DNA from: an uncultured Muribaculaceae bacterium
GTDB lineage: Bacteria > Cyanobacteriota > Vampirovibrionia > Gastranaerophilales > Gastranaerophilaceae
Direction of reading: 5' to 3'
Length of the DNA stretch: 63,647 nucleotides
Assembly (NCBI GenBank): GCA_964383455.1
Contig: CAYLHN010000001.1
Coordinates: 1-63,647, forward strand
This document shows, piece by piece, positions 56,735 to 63,647 of the stretch. A model generated the notes under the pieces. The model saw only the letters and a list, made by a program, of their open reading frames with translations. It searched no databases and was not told the origin of the DNA. Each line of letters starts with the position of its first letter. Position 1 is the first letter of the stretch. A program made the translations under genes and the position numbers.

Positions 56735-57369
56735 TAATTTCTCCTGCCATGTTAAAAGTTTTTGAAGAATGTCAGCAAAAATTTATTTATATGTATTTAG
56801 ACAAGATAAGTTTGCCGCAAAATAAATATTTTTACGAAAAAGGTAAAAATATTCATGCTATTGCAAGTTATTTTTTAAAAGGTCAAGATACTAAAAAAAT
56901 AGAAATGGCATTAAACGGTGAAGAAAAAAGTATTTGGAATTATTTAAAATCGACAAAGTATTTTAAATATGACGTCATAGGCAGTGAATACCAACTATCT
57001 TGCAAAATTGATAATGAGTGGATTGGCGGACGTTTAGATGCTTTAGTTAAAAATGGAGAAGATTATTATATATTAGATTATAAAACAGGTTCTATTCCGC
57101 AAAATCCGCAATATGATTATCAGACAATGGTTTATTTACTTTGCGCGGACAAAAAAATAAAAAAATATAACTCTCTTTCTTTTGTGTACTTGGATTTAAA
57201 AAATAATGATGAAAAATCAATAAAATTTTCAAAAGAAATTCAAAAAGAATACATTGAAAAAATTACAAAAACTTTAAATAAATTACTTCTTGTAAAGAAA
57301 TTTAGAACGGAAATGTTAAAAAATAATAAGTGTAATTGTGACTATTATTGCATTTGTAGAAAAAATTGA
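56731..57369 (+). CDS. PD-(D/E)XK (RecB/Cas4/AddB-type) nuclease with Fe-S cysteines
   Basis: GGRLDALV...YYILDYKTG, QTMVYLL (QxxxY), an N-terminal Cys (FEECQQKF) and a C-terminal CNCDYYCIC. The gene overlaps the helicase gene by 4 nt. Confidence 0.8.
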   Translation: MIISPAMLKVFEECQQKFIYMYLDKISLPQNKYFYEKGKNIHAIASYFLKGQDTKKIEMALNGEEKSIWNYLKSTKYFKYDVIGSEYQLSCKIDNEWIGGRLDALVKNGEDYYILDYKTGSIPQNPQYDYQTMVYLLCADKKIKKYNSLSFVYLDLKNNDEKSIKFSKEIQKEYIEKITKTLNKLLLVKKFRTEMLKNNKCNCDYYCICRKN

Positions 57370-57507
57370 TATAATAAACTTATTACTTTGATAGTAAAAA
57401 CATGTTACAAAAGTTTACAAAATGGCGCAAATTTAGCATTTTTCATGGTTTTCATGACTTTTATAATATGTATAGGTACATAGGAATATAGTGTAGTAAA
57501 GTAGGAA

Positions 57508-58143
57508 ATGGCAAATTACGTATCATCAATTATATCTTTAGTAGGTAACTTTGAAAAGGCTAAAGATGGAAATATTTTAAGACACGCTTCAACAGTTGGT
57601 CATGCTTCTAAATTGATTACAAAACTTGCATCAGGTCAAGGTACCGACGCAACAACAAAGCTTTGTTCAACGCTTGTTGACGGTTTTGAAAAGGTAACCG
57701 AAGGAAGCAAAATTGGAAGTGCTGTTAGAAAAGGTGTTAAATTATGCAGAAATACTGACCCGATTTCAGGTATTTGTGCTGGTATAAGAGTTTTAAAATC
57801 TAAAACTCCTGCAAGAGCATTATTAGAAGAAGGAAGTGATTTTGCAGGTATGTTGATTGTCGAAGGTGCGATGATAAAACATGCAAAAAGTATTGCTAAT
57901 ATAAAAGGTATAAAACAAGCAAACGATGCAATGGTTAACTTTTGCACTAAAAAAGGAGGTCCGCTTGCAGTAGTACCGGCGATAGTTTACGGTGTAGCAT
58001 TTACCGTAGGTTCAATGGTTGGTTCGGCAGCATTCAGAAAAGCCGGTTCCTGGGTAGCGGATAAGCTGGGATTAGAAAAATCTGATCCACCTGATAATCA
58101 CAAAACAGCGGATGGAAAATACAAAAAATATTATTTCGGATAA
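57508..58143 (+). CDS. Hypothetical protein, paralog 1 of a tandem pair (C-terminal hydrophobic helix)
   Basis: MANYVSSIISLVGNFEKAKDGN... and ...GPLAVVPAIVYGVAFTVGSMVGSAAFRKAGSWVADKLGL. No signal peptide. Confidence 0.6.
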   Translation: MANYVSSIISLVGNFEKAKDGNILRHASTVGHASKLITKLASGQGTDATTKLCSTLVDGFEKVTEGSKIGSAVRKGVKLCRNTDPISGICAGIRVLKSKTPARALLEEGSDFAGMLIVEGAMIKHAKSIANIKGIKQANDAMVNFCTKKGGPLAVVPAIVYGVAFTVGSMVGSAAFRKAGSWVADKLGLEKSDPPDNHKTADGKYKKYYFG

Positions 58144-58165
58144 TAAATAAGGTAAATAAAACAAA

Positions 58166-58762
58166 ATGTCATCAAATTATATTTCAGAATCAATATCATT
58201 AGTAAGAAACTTAAAGAAAGCAGCAAACGGCGATAAACTTGCAGCATATTGCGCAACAGGTAACGCAGTTAAAGTTGTTCAAAAGTTAGCTAAAGTTGAT
58301 AACAGCTGGGGACAAGCAGCAAGAGGTGTTGTTGATTCATTTACAAAAGCTGCTGAAAACAGTGATTCTATGAAAACTGCAAATTTATTTGTAAATGTTG
58401 CAAAACAAGGTGACGAAATCGGAATGTGCAAATCTGCAGTACAAGTTTTCCAATCAAGTTCTCCATTGAGAAAAGGTATTGAAGAAACTTTAGGCTGGAG
58501 TGCTAAATTCGCGGCAAAACATGTTATGTTACATAACGTTCCAAAATTTATTCAAAATACAAAATGTTTAAATTCAGTTGCTCAAAAAGTTGGTGACTTT
58601 TCTAAAAATACAAAGGGCATGGGACAATTACCTGCTTTAATTTCAGGTGTAGCTTATTCATTAGCAACAATTTACGCTCCTAAATATGCAAGAAAAGCCG
58701 GCGGCTGGATTTGTGATAAATTAGGTGTAAAACCTTACGAAGAAGATAAAAAACAAGCTTAA
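58166..58762 (+). CDS. Hypothetical protein, paralog 2 of a tandem pair
   Basis: MSSNYISESISLVRNLKKAANGD... and ...LPALISGVAYSLATIYAPKYARKAGGWICDKLGV align by eye with 57508-58143. Confidence 0.6.
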   Translation: MSSNYISESISLVRNLKKAANGDKLAAYCATGNAVKVVQKLAKVDNSWGQAARGVVDSFTKAAENSDSMKTANLFVNVAKQGDEIGMCKSAVQVFQSSSPLRKGIEETLGWSAKFAAKHVMLHNVPKFIQNTKCLNSVAQKVGDFSKNTKGMGQLPALISGVAYSLATIYAPKYARKAGGWICDKLGVKPYEEDKKQA

Positions 58763-58816
58763 TTTTAAAAAAACATAAATTTGTTTTATAATACTGGTAT
58801 CAGTAGTTTATAAAAC

Positions 58817-59692
58817 ATGAAAAAGATAGGAATATTAATAGTATTTATTTGTGTTTTTTTGGTTGCATCGCCTGCGAATGCAATAAAAATCGGCTTGATT
58901 ACAAATGTTGATTCTTTGCGATTAGGCGCATCTACAGCTGCACCTATAATTAATTCGCACACAAACAGAATGATTTATACGCTTGACCCTATGCGAAATT
59001 ATGAATTCAAAGCGTATAATAACTACATTGCAATTAAGATTTCCGGAAAATATTATAATTTAGATTCAGATGAGGTTGCTGTAAGACCTGCGGTGAATGG
59101 TTTTGTAAGTGCTAAAAATAAATGGTATCGCGGAATATTTATTATTAAAAACATAAATGGCCAGCTTGTATTGATAAATAAACTGGAAATAGAGGAATAT
59201 TTAAGAGGTGTGGTCCCTGCGGAAATGCCTTCAAAATGGGAATATGAAGCTTTAAAAGCTCAAGCAATAGCCGCAAGGAGTTATGCGTTAGCAAATTTAG
59301 GAAAACGGTGGAAATACGGATATGATTTAAAAGATACACCTGAAGATCAGGCTTATAACGGTGCTTCAGCTGAAACAGAAGCTACAAATCAGGCTGTTGC
59401 GGATTCTTACGGTATAGTACTGATTTATGATTTAAAAATTATACCTGCATATTATTCGGCATCTGCAGGCGGATATACAAAAGCTGCCGGACAAGTTTGG
59501 GAAAGGGATTTACCTTATATAAGAGCCGTTCCGTCTTACGATGATAATATTAAAAAGAACGGGCATGGTGTAGGTATGTCTCAGCATGGTGCCAATAATC
59601 TTGCTAAACAAGGTTATAACGCATATCAAATATTACAATATTTTTACCAAAATATCAGTTTTGCAAGAATAAAACAAGAATATTATAAATAA
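58817..59692 (+). CDS. SpoIID/LytB domain protein (peptidoglycan lytic transglycosylase-like)
   Basis: Signal peptide, then YLRGVVPAEMPSKWEYEALKAQAIAARSYAL and YYSASAGGYT. Confidence 0.85.
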   Translation: MKKIGILIVFICVFLVASPANAIKIGLITNVDSLRLGASTAAPIINSHTNRMIYTLDPMRNYEFKAYNNYIAIKISGKYYNLDSDEVAVRPAVNGFVSAKNKWYRGIFIIKNINGQLVLINKLEIEEYLRGVVPAEMPSKWEYEALKAQAIAARSYALANLGKRWKYGYDLKDTPEDQAYNGASAETEATNQAVADSYGIVLIYDLKIIPAYYSASAGGYTKAAGQVWERDLPYIRAVPSYDDNIKKNGHGVGMSQHGANNLAKQGYNAYQILQYFYQNISFARIKQEYYK

Positions 59693-59838
59693 AAATAGGG
59701 CCGTAAAGCCCTTTTTAATGTAAAATCTTATTCCTTATTTCCTCATCTCTCAATTCAGAGCTTTGCTCTGTAATCTTTTAATCCAATTTAAATTGTATAA
59801 ATATATTATAAAAAAACTTGCCATATTACCTCAATTAA

Positions 59839-60816
59839 ATGTATGATTATTTTATGGATATCAGAAAAAAATTATATCAGATGTTTATTTTAGGATGCAG
59901 AGGCGGAGATATTAAAACTGCATTAAGTGAAGGTTTAGGCGGAGTAATATTTTTTACTGACGACATTTTGAGTAAAAATGAATTTCAGAATTTAATTTTG
60001 GATTTGAAATCCGTTTCTAAGATATCACCATTTTTGTCTATTGATCAAGAAGGCGGAAGAGTTGAGCGAACTCAAAATATTTGGGGCGGAAAAAAATATT
60101 TAAGTGCAAAATTTGCTTACGAAAAAGGATTAGATTTTTTAAAAAAACAAACTCAGGATATATCGGATGAACTAAAAGAATATGGAATAAATTTAAATTA
60201 TGCTCCTTGCTGTGATGTAAATACTAACCCTGAAAATCCGATTATTGGAGAAAGAGCGTTTTCTAGTAATCCTAATGAGGTTATAAAAGGGGCAGAAGTT
60301 GTAATTAAAACATACAGAAAAAACCGTATAATTTCCTGTATAAAACATTTTCCGGGACACGGCGATGCAAACTGCGATAGCCACCTGACACTTCCGACAA
60401 TTGATTTATCCTTGGAAAATATGGAAAAATATCACATTCGTCCGTTTAAAGAACTTATAAAACAAGATTTAGCTGATATTGTTATGGTTGCTCATTTACA
60501 CTGTCCTTGTTTTGATAGTAAAGTTATTCCTTCATCTTTGAGTAAAAATGTTATAGATTATTTAAGAAAAGATTATGACGGCGTAATTTGCTCAGATGAC
60601 ATGGTTATGAAAGCACTGGATAATTATGAAAATGCTTGTGAAACCGCAATCAGAGCAGGTGTGAATCTGTTTTTATACAGATATTGCGATGAAAAAACAA
60701 TAGATATAATTGAAAATATTGCAGCAAAAGCCAATAATGATAAGACACTTCAAGAATGTATTGAAGTGTCTTACGAAAAAATTATTTTACTTAAGAAAAA
60801 ATATAATTTATTATAA
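59839..60816 (+). CDS. nagZ: Beta-N-acetylhexosaminidase (GH3)
   Basis: SIDQEGGRVER, KHFPGHGDANCDSH and VICSDDMVMKA. Confidence 0.88.
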   Translation: MYDYFMDIRKKLYQMFILGCRGGDIKTALSEGLGGVIFFTDDILSKNEFQNLILDLKSVSKISPFLSIDQEGGRVERTQNIWGGKKYLSAKFAYEKGLDFLKKQTQDISDELKEYGINLNYAPCCDVNTNPENPIIGERAFSSNPNEVIKGAEVVIKTYRKNRIISCIKHFPGHGDANCDSHLTLPTIDLSLENMEKYHIRPFKELIKQDLADIVMVAHLHCPCFDSKVIPSSLSKNVIDYLRKDYDGVICSDDMVMKALDNYENACETAIRAGVNLFLYRYCDEKTIDIIENIAAKANNDKTLQECIEVSYEKIILLKKKYNLL

Positions 60817-61983
60817 TGAAGCCATGTAGTCATAAATTATCTTTGAAGCTTGTTGAATAAATAATTTTCCTTGAGGTGAATTGTAAGGTCTGTTAGCTAA
60901 AATTGCAACAATATATTTTTTACCGTTTGGCATATAAACAATACCTGCATCACCAAGCATTGTGCCAATATCACCTGTTTTATGAATAAATTTTGCGCCT
61001 TGACCAAGTCCTTGCGGTATTAGTCTGTCATTTTTAACGTGTCCCATATAATCAAATATATATTCTCTTGATGCAACACTTAAAAATTCTGGACTGTCCA
61101 TGTTAAATAACATTGTTGCTAAATCATCAGTTGTTGTTTTGTTTGTACCCCCTAAATCAGGAAGCCATGTTTGAACGTGGGTATTTTTAAGTCCCCAAGA
61201 ACGGATGTCTGAGTTTACTGCAGTCATTGAACCTAATTTCGCCATAAGCATATTTGTTGCAGAATTATCAGATTCTTCTATCATAACTCTTGCTAAATCA
61301 TCAATTGTAAGTTTTTTTCCGTCAGCTGCAAATTGAAGACTTCCTGAACCGGATGCCTTATAGTAATGTGTAAGCATCATTTCATCATAAACGGTTAATC
61401 TTTTTGCTTCAACCGATTTAAATAAACTGATTAGAACAGGTATTTTAATAATACTTGCTGCTGAAAAAATTTCGTTGCTGTTAACTTCCGCATATTTTCC
61501 GGTATCATAATCCCAAACTGTAATTGCCGGATGAATAGACGGATATTGCTTAGTCAAATTTTTAAGACTATTTTCTAATGCAGACATGTTTTCTGTTTTG
61601 TAAAGCGGGACCATTGCCGGTTTTTTAGTAGCAGCTCCCGCAAGAGCACGTCTGTTGTTAAAAGTTGTGTTAGACAAATAATTTGTTGTAGGCAGAGCTA
61701 AACTGTAGTAGTCTGTTTTTATATGCGAATAATTTTGTTTACCTGTAAAAATAGGCATAGAAACCTGATGGAAAACTGTAGGCAAAATAAAATAACCGAT
61801 ACAAGCAAGAAAAGACAATGTTATTAGTTTAGCAATCGGATTTGTTTTCTTACGTTGAATTTTTCTCGCATCTTGAATACGTTTTACCGGTCTTTTCTTT
61901 CTCACAGGAACATCCACATAAGAATAAGCTTGCGGATAACCGTAATATTGAATATAATTTTGTTTTCGTGCCGTTTGTGGCAT
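60811..61983 (-). CDS. Membrane-anchored class A beta-lactamase-like serine hydrolase
   Basis: SAASIIK (SxxK), ESDN (SDN) and HKTGD (KTG), with an N-terminal basic region and one TM helix. Confidence 0.75.
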   Translation of the reverse strand: MPQTARKQNYIQYYGYPQAYSYVDVPVRKKRPVKRIQDARKIQRKKTNPIAKLITLSFLACIGYFILPTVFHQVSMPIFTGKQNYSHIKTDYYSLALPTTNYLSNTTFNNRRALAGAATKKPAMVPLYKTENMSALENSLKNLTKQYPSIHPAITVWDYDTGKYAEVNSNEIFSAASIIKIPVLISLFKSVEAKRLTVYDEMMLTHYYKASGSGSLQFAADGKKLTIDDLARVMIEESDNSATNMLMAKLGSMTAVNSDIRSWGLKNTHVQTWLPDLGGTNKTTTDDLATMLFNMDSPEFLSVASREYIFDYMGHVKNDRLIPQGLGQGAKFIHKTGDIGTMLGDAGIVYMPNGKKYIVAILANRPYNSPQGKLFIQQASKIIYDYMASL

Positions 61984-62196
61984 TAAAATTCTCCCTACCC
62001 AAACTAATAATATAAATATATATTACTATTTTAATTAACATTTGAAAATAATCCATTTGATGTATTTTTTGCTTGCATTTAAATTTTTTCGTGCAATAAT
62101 CAAATTACGGTCATCTTAAGAGTAGTAGTATTATTTATACTTATTAAACCGCGTTACACCCTTAAGTAAAGAAAAAGAAAGTGATATCTCATATTA

Positions 62197-63647
62197 ATGA
62201 GCACTCCTGAATTTAATTTTAAATATTTAAAAGAAAATGCCACTGCAGGTAGCTGGCGTCGCGGATACGAGTATTATACAAAAGATATGATACTTGAATC
62301 TTATCCTGAAAAAAACTTTTATATGGGAAAAGTAAAAGGAAGTTTTCAGGATTCATATAATACTGATTTAATTTTCAAAAAGAATAAAGTTGAAGCAAGA
62401 TGCAATTGCCCGTTAAAAGAAGAATGGTGCAAACACGCAGTTGCAGTTGCTATAAAAGCAATTGACGAACACGCTTATGAAGATTGGCTTGAAACAAAAT
62501 TCGGAATTGAACCTGATTACAGCGATGAAAATACAACTTTAGCAGAACCGCCAAAAGGCAATTATATTTTCCACTTTAATCCAAAAAGAAAACCTAATTT
62601 CTTTTCTATTCTTGTAATGTCAAGAACAACAGGCAAAGTTGTAAGAGCAATAGAACCAATACTTCTGGGTTTAATTGAGGCTCAAAAAAATGATTCGACT
62701 TTTATATTGAACGAATCTCAAAAAGTAGAGGTTGCAATTTTTCAACAAATTTTAAAAACAGCACGTCAGGATAAAAAAGCGGGTTGGTATGATATACCTA
62801 TTCCGAAATTTGCACCGATGTTTCCGCTATTAGCAAGTGCTGATGAAGTTTTAGACGAAAAAACAAAACAATTAATTCGGTTTACTAATCAGGAATGGCG
62901 TTTAGTTTTGTCGGTAAATGTATCTCAAGCAGGTAATATAACACTTGAAATGTACTGGAAACGACCTGATAAAGATGACATTATACCTTTTGAAGAAGTA
63001 AGATATTTTTCAAGACAAATTAAATGGGGCAGATACAAAAATGTTATCTTCCCGACAAACGTATCAATGAATGTAGTTCCGCAAAATCTTTTAAAATCAA
63101 CGTTTACAGATTTAAAAGATACGGAAAGCGGTAAATTTATTTACGAAGAACTTCCAAAATTACAGGAAGTTATTGATGTTGAAGTTTCAGAAACAATCAG
63201 CAAATTATTTTTAGAACAGCGTCCGCCTAAAAATATCGTAACTTTAGGAATTGATTACGACCAATCTTTAAAAGCCTCTTTAGAGTTTGAATATGATGGC
63301 GTTAGAGTTCCGTTTTCAAAAACAGTTGATAAAACCCCTTATGTAACCGTAAAACGTAAAGAAGACGATATGGTTTACTGGGTAAAAAGAAATATTAAAC
63401 ACGAAATTGAAGCATATCAAATGCTTTTAGCATGCAGATTTGTTCCTATGCAAACAAATAACTTAGGAATGGATAAAGAAAATGCAATTGATTTTTACAA
63501 TTATTATATGAACAAAGCAGGCGAAGGCTGGGTTTTTGAAGAAAAAGATGATGTAAGCTTTTTCAAACTTGTTGAAGAACCTTTTAAAATGTGTGCTAAG
63601 ATTGATTTTTCACAAGATTCAAAAGATAGTTTTGAAATTCAACTATA
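62197..63647 (+). CDS. SWIM zinc-finger / SNF2-helicase-associated N-terminal region (partial, runs off the window)
   Basis: Not in the ORF track because no stop codon falls inside the window. The frame read from ATG 62197 is open to the window end. CNCPLKEEWCKHAVAVAIKA matches the CxC...CxH SWIM motif, and the downstream region is typical of bacterial SNF2-associated N-terminal domains. Confidence 0.7.
   Translation, partial: MSTPEFNFKYLKENATAGSWRRGYEYYTKDMILESYPEKNFYMGKVKGSFQDSYNTDLIFKKNKVEARCNCPLKEEWCKHAVAVAIKAIDEHAYEDWLETKFGIEPDYSDENTTLAEPPKGNYIFHFNPKRKPNFFSILVMSRTTGKVVRAIEPILLGLIEAQKNDSTFILNESQKVEVAIFQQILKTARQDKKAGWYDIPIPKFAPMFPLLASADEVLDEKTKQLIRFTNQEWRLVLSVNVSQAGNITLEMYWKRPDKDDIIPFEEVRYFSRQIKWGRYKNVIFPTNVSMNVVPQNLLKSTFTDLKDTESGKFIYEELPKLQEVIDVEVSETISKLFLEQRPPKNIVTLGIDYDQSLKASLEFEYDGVRVPFSKTVDKTPYVTVKRKEDDMVYWVKRNIKHEIEAYQMLLACRFVPMQTNNLGMDKENAIDFYNYYMNKAGEGWVFEEKDDVSFFKLVEEPFKMCAKIDFSQDSKDSFEIQL

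Overview
Low-GC (roughly one-third G+C by eye) bacterial chromosomal window, densely coded on both strands. I call about 60 protein genes. By eye there is no rRNA, tRNA or CRISPR array. Most genes are housekeeping: trxA, gmk, uppP, queD, kdsC/kdsD, ligA, hisS, rpsF-ssb-rpsR, trmL, anmK, pgi, thrS and nagZ, plus MFS, MATE, SNF and NhaC-type transporters. Several markers point to a non-photosynthetic cyanobacterial relative (Melainabacteria/Vampirovibrionia-like); this is inference only. They are diderm/LPS genes (KdsC, KdsD, Skp, ArnT-like GT39, a 3xSLH protein), a Ycf45/SpoIIIAA-type ATPase, FTLAE-type pilins and tandem heptanucleotide repeats. The strongest candidate for something new is a tandem pair of 408-aa paralogs (48009-49235 and 49660-50886, minus strand). 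They have flagellin-like architecture (conserved helical termini, variable Thr/Ser-rich core, no signal peptide) but unrecognisable sequence. Each is preceded by a near-consensus sigma-28 (FliA/SigD) promoter and each abuts a composite dispersed repeat at its 3' end. A hairpin in the 3' flank of the first gene carries a loop complementary to the 5' UTRs of both genes. Other items worth a second look:
- an inverted pair of signal-peptide-less HExxH proteins bracketing three secreted or membrane proteins (19.6-25.3 kb);
- a fused AddB-like/AddA-like helicase plus a stand-alone Fe-S PD-(D/E)XK nuclease, translationally coupled to thrS;
- a candidate type I toxin-like small ORF;
- a GGA-rich candidate sRNA or leader upstream of anmK;
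- a BRO-N/DinD-like gene flanked by duplicated 42-nt hairpins;
- a pilin gene whose 5' end is made of repeat sequence.
All functional calls rest on motifs read from the supplied translations. No database search was run.
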